Shown here: positions 1-7,526 of the stretch, piece by piece
How positions within the stretch are numbered: the stretch's first letter is position 1
Layout: each line of letters starts with the position of its first letter
Origin: an uncultured Chroococcidiopsis sp.
GTDB lineage: Bacteria > Cyanobacteriota > Cyanobacteriia > Cyanobacteriales > Chroococcidiopsidaceae
Length of the DNA stretch: 21,789 nt
NCBI GenBank assembly: GCA_964248365.1
Contig: CAXTYC010000055.1
Location: 1-21,789 of the forward strand
Reading direction: 5' to 3'
Position numbers and translations under genes: made by a program
Notes under the pieces: generated by a model
Told to the model about the DNA's origin: nothing
Databases searched by the model: none
Seen by the model: only the letters and a program-made list of their open reading frames with translations

Positions 1-117
1 CGGTTGGTTTACCCACTGCTGTTGTTATATTTCACCCAATTGAGAACTGCTGTAATTCCTCCCGCAACTCGAGCTTGTTGCCCAGATTTACAAAGATTCA
101 TTGGAAGCCCAACCCTC

Positions 118-410
118 CGCCCAAAAAAAAACAGCGGAAATTACTGTAGTGGCTTTGAAATTGCGACACACGCGCTCATGCGCAGGTAGTGGTTAATCAG
201 TCTAATGGACAAATCATCATACTCACAATTTTTTAGGGAGGAAAATTGTGGGTCGTAGCTGAACACGTCAATCGCCGACGCGAAGATTTTTCGGATTTTA
301 GCTGAACGCTATCGTAACCGTCGTAGACGCTTTGGTCTACGGTTTAACTTGATTGCAGCGATTGTCAACTTTGAACTTGCCCTCAGTTCTTAATTCACGC
401 AAGAGGTCTA
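118..410 (+). mobile_element. IS5-family (ISL2/DDE_Tnp_4 group) transposase remnant with right terminal inverted repeat
   Basis: Broken frames give RPKK-(A9 run 123-131)-QR..., AQVVVNQSNGQII (to ~218) and VVAEHVNRR/KIFRILAERYRNRRRRFGLRFNLIAAIVNFEL..* (TAA 391-393), typical of this group's C-terminus. This is followed by TTCACGCAAGAGGTCTA (394-410), resembling the group's TAGACCTCTTGC end. The middle of the gene is missing. Confidence 0.8.
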
Positions 411-1214
411 ATGAGTAATTGCTGACGCATGGTTTTATCTAACTGCGCCGGAATTAACTTTTCTAATCGTACAATCACTACCCATTCTCTATTTGGTAAC
501 TAGTAAGCAGGGGAATGATTTGCCTCGCGGTGATCGTGCGATCACTCACTTGTAAAATTGGTGTCGTATCTTTTACTTACAAAGATTGCAATTGAGAGCC
601 TACCTGGAATGTTCCCCAGTAGACATGAGGTATCACTATTCCAAAACGTTACCGCCCTGCGATGTTTTGGTGATTTATTCCAACCTGGCAAGGGGGCGAA
701 AGTTGTTGAGGATGCATAACCCAATCATAATTCTTGGATAGTTTTTAACGGTGTGCTACCAGGTGCAACTATTAGCGGCCATTCACCAGATGAACCAATA
801 TACCAATAACTCGATCAATTACTCCTACTCGTAACTAGCTTATACCAATGGGCAGATTTTAGATGATAAATTTTTCTTTTTTTATTTATCGTGTCAAGGA
901 AAACCCGCTTCCACAAGCGTTAATTGCAGTAAATCCTATATATTTAAAAGTATATTTTTACACCATTACCTGTTAGTTTGTTCGTGAATAGGTGAGGTAT
1001 TATAGCCCAAATTTAATAAGAAAATAAAAAAACGATTATTGCAATGGTTCAGAAGCCTTATCTTATTACAGATAACTAAATGTGCTTACGCTTAGTGTTA
1101 CGATAAAACGCTGCAAAGTGCTATCAAGATTCTGTTACCCCTTGGCTGATCAGACAAATACCGCAGCTGTGGCGCAGGCGATCGCCCTCGTGTTACTTGG
1201 AGAAAAATTAAGGC

Positions 1215-1640
1215 ATGAAATTAAAACCATTGGTATTAAGTATAATCAGTATTTTTATTTGGGTTGTGTTAGCGTTCCTATTTTTCCCAGTCACAGCCCA
1301 AGCTAAAGATTGTACCTTGCGAATAATCGGCTGGTAAGGATACATGGATCAATCCTTTACTCAACCATTCGAGCAATAATACGGGTGTAAAGTAATACCA
1401 ACCTATGCAGACTCCTCTGATGAGATGTATGCCAAAATTAAAGCCAGCAAAGATAAAACCTACGACTTAGTAACCGTTTCGGGAGACTTAACCAAACATT
1501 TGTACGATGCCAATTCAGTAGAGCCGATTGACATAAATAAAGTTCCTCACTACAAAGACTTATTTCCTATCTTTCAAAAGCCAGCATACAACATCTTCGA
1601 TGGTCAACCCTATGGCGTTTCAATCGCGTGGGAACCAGAC
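1215..1640 (+). pseudogene. PotD/PotF-like (polyamine-type) ABC substrate-binding protein, two in-frame stops, 3'-truncated
   Basis: One frame from ATG 1215 reads signal peptide MKLKPLVLSIISIFIWVVLAFLFFPVTAQA, then LRIIGW*GYMDQSFTQPFEQ*YGCKV...SSDEMYAKIKA...YDLVT...YGVSIAW. TAA at 1335 and 1377. Similarity stops at ~1640, where IS1 sequence begins. Confidence 0.8.
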
Positions 1641-1775
1641 TTAGCGACAGGTAGCGAAGACAATCTGCTTTTCGCGCGACAGAGTTGATGCACGAAGGGG
1701 TGATTGGACTATTTATAAATCGCTACGAGTTCGGGCTGTCAATTTAGGAGTAAATAACAAATTTAAAACACTATC
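1641..1775 (+). mobile_element. IS1-family remnant (InsB C-terminus plus right IR), copy 1
   Basis: Frameshifted KTICFS.../MHEGVIGLFINRYEFGLSI*, the characteristic cyanobacterial IS1 C-terminus, followed by an IR-like ...TTTAAAACACTATC ending at 1775. Confidence 0.75.
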
Positions 1776-1845
1776 GGCTATTCATCAACAGATATGAATT
1801 TGGAATAGAGATTTAAATCCAATTCAACTGATCTACAACATTACC
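1776..1845 (+). mobile_element. IS1-family remnant (InsB C-terminus plus right IR), copy 2
   Basis: LFINRYEFGIEI* followed by CAACTGATCTACAACATTACC, whose reverse complement begins GGTAATG, an IS1-type end. Confidence 0.75.
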
Positions 1846-1849
1846 AATC

Positions 1850-1876
1850 ATTCCTGGCTTGTGCTAGGAATTTTTT
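1850..1876 (+). terminator. Intrinsic terminator-like hairpin
   Basis: ATTCCTGGC-TTGT-GCTAGGAAT stem-loop followed by a T run. Confidence 0.45.
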
Positions 1877-1916
1877 GCGCTTGTTGAGGATAAATCACTT
1901 TTTAGCTTTTCTGTGA

Positions 1917-1950
1917 TCTTTTCAAGTTCTTGACTTTCAGTTCCTACAGT
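1917..1950 (+). promoter_or_regulatory. Activator box (11-bp direct repeat) plus -10, site 1 (PepSY gene)
   Basis: TCTTTTCAAGT-TCTTGAC (1917-1934), 10 nt, then TACAGT (1945-1950). Same layout as sites at 2702 and 3617. Confidence 0.7.
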
Positions 1951-1986
1951 GAAATGGCAAACCGAATATTAAGTGAATTTAAACCG

Positions 1987-2556
1987 ATGAAAACTTCAAC
2001 GAAACTCATTTTGACAGCAGTTGCGATCAGCACGCTAGGAGTAGGTAGTCTAGCCAAGCTTGTCAATGCTGCTCAATCTTCAGTTGCTGTCATGCCCACC
2101 GCTCAAGTTACTGAAAAGAGTGACGGGGATGGCGAAGCCAATCCTGCTACAGAAGCGCCGGAAAATGCAAGCAAGTTTCAACTTCAAGCAAACAATTCGT
2201 CATAGCAGGCAGAAAAAAGCGACGCTGATGGCGAAACCAACGATGATGCAAAGGAACAGCAAGAATCTCAAAAACTGCAATCCTTAGCTAAAATCACGCC
2301 TCAACAAGCAGTGGGATCGGCTGAAGCTTCTGCAAAAGGAACTGCCAGCAGTGTCAAACTAGAAACGGAAAATGGTAGCTTGGTTTACGCAGTTGTAATG
2401 GGACAAAATGAAGTAAAAGTGGATGCGGGGAATGGTCGCGTTCTCTACACTGACATTCTGGGTCACGAGCAACACGAAGGAAATCGTCCCAAAGGCAGCA
2501 TCCAGGTTCCGCAATCGGTGAGCGATAGGGATGGCGAAACCAACCATCGTCGTTGA
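1987..2556 (+). pseudogene. Secreted PepSY-domain protein with acidic D-x-D-G-E repeats, single in-frame TAG (2203-2205)
   Basis: The frame from ATG 1987 (signal peptide MKTSTKLILTAVAISTLGVG) continues past the TAG into SDADGETNDD...LQSLAKITPQQA...VKLETENGSLVYAV...EVKVDAGNGRVL (PepSY signature). Track ORFs 1930-2205 and 2311-2556 share this frame. Confidence 0.85.
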
Positions 2557-2626
2557 AAAGGCTAATCACTAGACCTTTTACAAGCGTAAGTAGGTGAGAC
2601 ACTGGGTAAGATTGTCAATCCTCAAA

Positions 2627-2660
2627 TTTGCGGGGGAGGCATCTCGCCTGTCCTCCCAAA
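2627..2660 (+). repeat. Degenerate REP-like hairpin, possible terminator after the PepSY gene
   Basis: GGGGGAGGCATCTCGCCTGTCC resembles the reverse complement of the palindrome at 10855-10880 (GTAGGGTAGGCATCTTGCCTGCCCTA). Confidence 0.4.
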
Positions 2661-2701
2661 GAAATCACTTTTGCATCTTACAAATCTGTGACAGCACCCA
2701 G

Positions 2702-2735
2702 TCTTTCCAAGTTCTTGACAATATTTCTCTAGGGT
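2702..2735 (+). promoter_or_regulatory. Activator box plus -10, site 2 (COG4705 copy 1)
   Basis: TCTTTCCAAGT-TCTTGAC (2702-2719), 10 nt, then TAGGGT (2730-2735). Confidence 0.7.
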
Positions 2736-2788
2736 AGAACCATCAGCAATCTAAAGGATTGATCGTTCTATAAAGCACTTAAGCTGCC

Positions 2789-3544
2789 ATGAATAAATTG
2801 TTGAACCGAGTTCCAGAAGTCACATTTTATTTCTGGATTATCAAGATTTTAGCAACGACCGTTGGCGAAACGGCAGCAGACTTTTTATCAAGCACGCTAG
2901 GTCTTGGGCTAGCAGTCACATCTTACATTATGAGCGCTGTATTAGTGCTTGTGCTGCTAAACCAATTTAGGCTGAAACGTTATGTTCCAGCTAGTTTCTG
3001 GCTTGTGGTTGTTCTAATTAGCATCGTTGGCACACTGCTCACTGACCGATTGGTGAACGATTTTGGAGTCAGCCTAGAAGCGGCTAACATTATTTTCGGT
3101 GTTTCCTTATTGATTGTTTTTGCGCTTTGGTACTTTAAAGAAAAGACGCTGGCAATGCATTCTATCAATACAGCGGAACGGGAGCTTTTCTACTGGGTTG
3201 CTGTCTTGTTTACGTTTGCTTTGGGTACTGCAACCGGAGATCTTTTAGCGGAGACATTGAAACTGGGGTATGGGCAATCAGTCCTAGTTTTTGCTGCCGC
3301 AATTGCACTTACAGCAGTCGGTTATTACTACTTGAGATTGAATGGAGTCTTGGCATTCTGGATAGCTTACATCCTGACTCGTCCCCTTGGAGCATCGTTC
3401 GGTGATTTATTGGCGCAACCGCATTCAAACGGTGGTTTTGAATTTGGAACAACCGGAACAAGTATGCTTTTCCTTTCTATCATTTCAAGTTTGATTATTT
3501 ACTTAAGTTTTAAGCATAAGAGAGTCCGGTCAACATCGAATTAG
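2789..3544 (+). CDS. COG4705 / DUF347-repeat integral membrane protein, paralog 1
   Basis: 251 aa, multi-TM. Motifs RVPEVTFYFWIIKILATTVGETAAD, RELFYW..VLFTFALGTATGD and AFWIAYILTRPLGASFGD. Confidence 0.88.
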   Translation: MNKLLNRVPEVTFYFWIIKILATTVGETAADFLSSTLGLGLAVTSYIMSAVLVLVLLNQFRLKRYVPASFWLVVVLISIVGTLLTDRLVNDFGVSLEAANIIFGVSLLIVFALWYFKEKTLAMHSINTAERELFYWVAVLFTFALGTATGDLLAETLKLGYGQSVLVFAAAIALTAVGYYYLRLNGVLAFWIAYILTRPLGASFGDLLAQPHSNGGFEFGTTGTSMLFLSIISSLIIYLSFKHKRVRSTSN

Positions 3545-3559
3545 CAAAAAGCAAGTTTT

Positions 3560-3597
3560 TTCCTCAATTTTCCAATCAAGAATTGAGGGATTTTTTT
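3560..3597 (+). terminator. Intrinsic terminator between the two COG4705 genes
   Basis: TTCCTCAATT...AATTGAGGGA stem followed by T7. Confidence 0.6.
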
Positions 3598-3616
3598 GAC
3601 AAAATACTGCGACCAG

Positions 3617-3650
3617 TCTTTCCAATTTCTTGACATTCTCTCGTTACTCT
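3617..3650 (+). promoter_or_regulatory. Activator box plus -10, site 3 (COG4705 copy 2 and DUF2127 gene)
   Basis: TCTTTCCAATT-TCTTGAC (3617-3634), 10 nt, then TACTCT (3645-3650). Confidence 0.7.
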
Positions 3651-3708
3651 ACAACGAAGTGAAACGTTGGGAAACTGACCACTACCTCACCCGCAAATAG
3701 GAGTAGTC

Positions 3709-4464
3709 ATGAGCAAACTTCCACAAATCACGGCGTTTTTTTGGCTCATGAAGATCTGTGCAACGACGCTGGGAGAAACAGCAGGCGACTTGTTATCGAT
3801 GACGCTCCATGTGGGCTATGCCATGAGTTCTACAATATTGATCAGTGTGTTTCTCGCAACGCTGGTGACTCAACTGCTCTCGAAACGCTATAACCCCTTT
3901 CTTTACTGGGGAGTAATCCTTTCAACCAGCACGGCGGGTACAACCATGTCCGACTACATGAATCGCACCTTAGAGCTTGGCTACACAACGGGATCGCTAA
4001 TTTTGGTTAGTCTTCTCCTGGCAACTTTGGCATTCTGGCGATTGAGTGTTGGGTCTCTATCCGTCACAACTGTCAAAACGCCGAAAGCTGAGTTGTTTTA
4101 CTGGAGTGCTATTTTATTCTCTAACACGTTGGGGACGGCGGTGGGCGATTTTCTCGCGGATACGTCTGGGCTGGGATTTGCAGGAGGTGCATTCTTGATT
4201 GCGAGTTTGCTAGTGCTAATTTTGGCAGGACACTATTTCACCTCGATTTCTGGCGTTTTGTTGTTTTGGCTGGCGTTTATTCTCACTCGACCGTTTGGAG
4301 CAACACTGGGAGATGTTCTGACCAAAGCACACGAGAAAGGTGGACTGGCTTTTGGCACGATCGGTTCGTCCATTGTGCTTTTATCAATCCTTGTTGTGTG
4401 TATTCTGTTCACCACGCTTAAGCCGCGAAAACTCATGGCGGCTGGATCTTCTAATCAGGAATGA
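3709..4464 (+). CDS. COG4705 / DUF347-repeat integral membrane protein, paralog 2
   Basis: 251 aa. Motifs KLPQIT.FFW.MKICATTLGETAGD, ELFYW.AILFSNTLGTA.GD and FWLAFILTRPFGATLGD. RBS AGGAG upstream. Confidence 0.88.
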   Translation: MSKLPQITAFFWLMKICATTLGETAGDLLSMTLHVGYAMSSTILISVFLATLVTQLLSKRYNPFLYWGVILSTSTAGTTMSDYMNRTLELGYTTGSLILVSLLLATLAFWRLSVGSLSVTTVKTPKAELFYWSAILFSNTLGTAVGDFLADTSGLGFAGGAFLIASLLVLILAGHYFTSISGVLLFWLAFILTRPFGATLGDVLTKAHEKGGLAFGTIGSSIVLLSILVVCILFTTLKPRKLMAAGSSNQE

Positions 4465-4475
4465 GGAGGACACTT

Positions 4476-4952
4476 ATGAGTTCGTCACGGGCTGCAGGAT
4501 TGGAAGTTGTTATCTACTACAAGTTCTTTGCGGCTGGATTGCTTGCAGCAACTGCGATCGCGCTATTCTCGACTGCCTACAATCCTGACAAGTTAGATAT
4601 GATTGCTGATACTGGCTTGTTTGAGTCTCATTTCTGGCTCGTCGATCAAGGGTTAGATCAAGTTCTGAATTGGGATCGAAAAACGGTTCAATTTTGGGGA
4701 ATCACAACGGGACTGTACGCTATTCTAATTTTTGTGCAAGCGATCGGTTTATGGTGCAATCGAGCTTGGGCAAAGGGACTTGTGCTACTGACCGCAGGCA
4801 TGGGTTTACCAGTCGAAGTGTATGAATTAGCTCATGGATTCACGCGGATCAAATTGCTGTTGCTTGCGATCAACTTAATGATTGTTGTCTACTTTTGGCA
4901 GCATTTAAAGATTCATCATCGCTGGCGGCGTAAGCGGGTAAGTAACCGCTAA
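4476..4952 (+). CDS. DUF2127-like membrane protein
   Basis: Four hydrophobic segments. Motifs GL.V..YYK, YA....VQAIGLW..R.WA, LPVEVYEL and NL.IV.Y. Start placed at ATG 4476, which follows GAGGAGG (4463-4469); ATG 4461 is the alternative. Confidence 0.75.
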   Translation: MSSSRAAGLEVVIYYKFFAAGLLAATAIALFSTAYNPDKLDMIADTGLFESHFWLVDQGLDQVLNWDRKTVQFWGITTGLYAILIFVQAIGLWCNRAWAKGLVLLTAGMGLPVEVYELAHGFTRIKLLLLAINLMIVVYFWQHLKIHHRWRRKRVSNR

Positions 4953-4991
4953 AACAAATAACTGAAAACTCTTTCTTGCTGATAGCTAAAT

Positions 4992-6671
4992 ATGAGCGAA
5001 GCTCTACTTTGCATAGACAACCTTAAAGTCGCCTACCCTCACCAAAGAGCAAGTAAATCTCTCCAGTGGGCGGTTAATGGTGTATCTCTAACTCTACAAC
5101 CAGGTGAACGGTTGGGGTTAGTCGGTGAATCGGGCTGTGGCAAATCTACGCTGGGACGGGCAGTAATGCGGTTATTACCAGCTGATTCCCGCACTGAGGG
5201 CAGGGTGAGGTTTAAAGGCAAGTCGGTTTTTGATCTTACGCCTACCCAGCTAAGACAATTCCGAGGGGAGGCGGTAGCACTGGTTTTTCAAGATCCGATG
5301 ACACGCCTCGATCCGTTGATGACAATTGGCAAACACTGTATTGAAACGCTGTTGAGTCACCAACCACAGTTGTCGTCAAAGTCAGCGGGGGAAAAAGCAC
5401 TAGCTACTCTCGAAGCAGTTAATATTCCTGCAAGTCGTTGGAATCAGTATCCCCACGAATTTAGCGGCGGGATGCGGCAACGGGTAGCGATCGCTCTTGC
5501 CCTTCTGCTCAACCCTAAGCTAATTGTGGCAGATGAACCAACTACCAGCTTAGATGTAACTGTTGCTGCCCAGATATTAAAGGAACTGACACGACTGTGT
5601 CGAGAACGGGAAATGGCACTACTGTTGATTTCCCATGATTTGGCATTGGTAGGGGAATACTGCGATCGCATTGGCGTTATGTATGCAGGGGAACTAGTAG
5701 AAACTGGTTCCTCTCTAACCGTTTTCCATCAACCTCAGCACGAATACACGCGATCGCTACTAAAAGCAGCTTTGCACATTCAAGCAGTTAATGGTAATGG
5801 AATAGTAGCTGATCGTAGGGAACAAAACGAATTACCGATTAGCAATTACCAATCACCGATTTTACGTGTCACTGATTTGAAACAGTATTATACACTAGAA
5901 CGTAATTTTATTGAGCGGTTATTAAAGGCACAAGACCAGACAATTAAAGCTGTAGATGGTGTGAGCTTGGAACTATACCCTGGAGAAATTCTAGGATTAG
6001 TAGGGGAATCAGGTTGTGGCAAAAGTACTTTGTCACGCACAATATTACAGCTAATTCGTCCTACTGCTGGTTCGATTGTATGGGAAGGATCAAAAGAATT
6101 AACCACTTTGTCTGTGCAAGATCTGCGGCGGCAAAGGAAACAAATGCAAATGATTTTTCAAGATCCCCATGCTTGTTTAAACCCATTAATGACTGTAGGA
6201 CAAAACATTGCTGAGCCTTTGTTTATTCACCAGCAAGTAGATCCTGGCGAGGCAAGAAATCAAGTAATTCAAATGTTGGAGCGAGTGGGGCTAGTGCCAC
6301 CAGATGATTATTACGATCGCTATCCGTCTGATTTGTCTGGCGGACAACAGCAACGAGTTGCGATCGCACGGGCTTTGATTACTCGTCCCAAACTACTAAT
6401 TTGCGATGAACCAGTCAGTATGCTCGATGCCAGTGTACAAACCCAGGTATTAGAGTTGATGCTTCAGTTAAAGCGAGAGTTTGATTTAACGTATTTATTT
6501 ATTACTCATGATCTTTGGGTGGCGAGGTTTTTATGCGATCGCATTGCAGTAATGAATGCAGGTCGCATTGTCGAAATTGGTCCTACCTGGAAAATTTTTA
6601 CCCACCCAGAGCATCCTTATACCCAGACTCTATTGCAAGCTGCTCCCTTATTGGGGGCTGGAAAAGTATGA
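4992..6671 (+). CDS. Peptide/nickel-type ABC transporter ATP-binding protein, two fused NBDs (OppD-OppF-like)
   Basis: Two GESGCGKST Walker A motifs, FSGGMRQR and LSGGQQQR signatures, ADEPT and CDEPV Walker B, HEYT and HPYT tails. Confidence 0.95.
   Translation: MSEALLCIDNLKVAYPHQRASKSLQWAVNGVSLTLQPGERLGLVGESGCGKSTLGRAVMRLLPADSRTEGRVRFKGKSVFDLTPTQLRQFRGEAVALVFQDPMTRLDPLMTIGKHCIETLLSHQPQLSSKSAGEKALATLEAVNIPASRWNQYPHEFSGGMRQRVAIALALLLNPKLIVADEPTTSLDVTVAAQILKELTRLCREREMALLLISHDLALVGEYCDRIGVMYAGELVETGSSLTVFHQPQHEYTRSLLKAALHIQAVNGNGIVADRREQNELPISNYQSPILRVTDLKQYYTLERNFIERLLKAQDQTIKAVDGVSLELYPGEILGLVGESGCGKSTLSRTILQLIRPTAGSIVWEGSKELTTLSVQDLRRQRKQMQMIFQDPHACLNPLMTVGQNIAEPLFIHQQVDPGEARNQVIQMLERVGLVPPDDYYDRYPSDLSGGQQQRVAIARALITRPKLLICDEPVSMLDASVQTQVLELMLQLKREFDLTYLFITHDLWVARFLCDRIAVMNAGRIVEIGPTWKIFTHPEHPYTQTLLQAAPLLGAGKV
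5831..5861. repeat. Heptameric STRR array within the ABC ATPase inter-domain linker
   Basis: ATTACCG ATTAGCA ATTACCA ATCACCG, translated as LPISNYQSP. Confidence 0.55.
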
Positions 6672-6828
6672 AGTATGTACGCTTAGCGTTCTGTGAAGGG
6701 TAGTGTGAAGGACGAAGTGTGAAGGATGAAGTATGAAGTGTGAAATTTAATCTTCAGCCTTCAACCTTCATCCTTTAACCTTTCCCCTTTCCCCTTTCCC
6801 TTTTCCCTTTTCCCTTTTCCCTTTCCTT
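6664..6828. repeat. Intergenic heptameric STRR arrays in inverted arrangement
   Basis: AAGTATG/AAGTGTG/AAGGATG units, then complementary-type TTCAGCC/TTCAACC/TTCATCC units, then several TTTCCC(C/T) units. Confidence 0.85.
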
Positions 6829-6829
6829 T

Positions 6830-7357
6830 ATGATCATTCGTGATGCAGTAGAAACTGATTTATCAGAGATTGTGGCTATTTATAATGCTGCTATTCCCAG
6901 TCGGATGGCAACAGCTGATCTGGAGCCAGTCTCTGTTGCTAGTCGGATGGCTTGGTTTAAGGCGCATTCTAAAAGCGATCGCCCTATCTGGGTGATGGAA
7001 CAAGATCGAGCAATTACTGGATGGCTCAGTTTTCAATCTTTCTATGGACGACCAGCATACCTTGCAACTGCCGAGATTAGTATTTATGTTGCTCCCGCCT
7101 ATCGACGCTGTGGTGTGGGGCGAAAACTCTTGTCACGAGCAATTGACCATAGCCCCGCCCTAGGGTTGAAGACTTTGTTAGGCTTCATATTTGCTCACAA
7201 CCAACCTAGTTTGCAGCTATTTGATTCATTTGGTTTTGAACGTTGGGGTTATTTGCCCCTTGTCGCAGAACTCGACGGTATTGAACGCGATCTAATCATC
7301 ATGGGTAATCATATTTGTCAAGAGACTACGCGGAAAAAAGTAGCCCCAAGTTTTTAG
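6830..7357 (+). CDS. GNAT N-acetyltransferase, phosphinothricin/methionine-sulfoximine (Pat/YncA) type
   Basis: IRDA...D...I..IYN..I....ATAD, SFYGRPAY..TAEISIYV, R..GVG..LL, IFAHNQPS..LF...GF. Confidence 0.9.
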   Translation: MIIRDAVETDLSEIVAIYNAAIPSRMATADLEPVSVASRMAWFKAHSKSDRPIWVMEQDRAITGWLSFQSFYGRPAYLATAEISIYVAPAYRRCGVGRKLLSRAIDHSPALGLKTLLGFIFAHNQPSLQLFDSFGFERWGYLPLVAELDGIERDLIIMGNHICQETTRKKVAPSF

Positions 7358-7431
7358 CCCTCAATCGTAAATTTACTTAACTAGTCTCTAAATTTAAGTG
7401 GTATTGCGGCTTACTATTTTTCCTCTGAGGT

Positions 7432-7440
7432 TGATATAAT
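7432..7440 (+). promoter_or_regulatory. Extended -10 element upstream of desA
   Basis: TGATATAAT (TGnTATAAT) about 87 nt before ATG 7527. Confidence 0.4.
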
Positions 7441-7526
7441 TCCGATGCGCTTGTATTACAAAATCTATCAGCTAGCTACTTTGTAGGAAGTTTAGCAGCG
7501 ATAAGTATCATTTCGTTTGGGTGTAC

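Noticed and set aside
1..110. Minus-strand peptide GLPMNLCKSGQQARVAGGITAVLNWVKYNNSSG* and track ORF 4-189
   Set aside because: Too short to assign. ORF 4-189 merely runs into the transposase remnant.
542..810. Possible CAP/SCP-domain remnant on the minus strand (SYWYIG..., GWNKSPKHRR)
   Set aside because: Only two short motif resemblances with a stop between them; not supportable without a search.
1082..1306. 74-aa track ORF
   Set aside because: Overlaps the better-supported PotD-like frame starting at 1215; no recognisable motif.
2570..2595. TAGACCTTTTACAAG as a left IR partner of the ISL2-type end at 394-410
   Set aside because: Weak match, outward-facing orientation relative to 394-410, and no transposase sequence follows.
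1930..3635. TTGAC(A/T) in the three shared boxes read as ordinary sigma70 -35 elements
   Set aside because: The conserved TAnnnT is only 9 nt after the hexamer in all three sites, far short of 16-18 nt.
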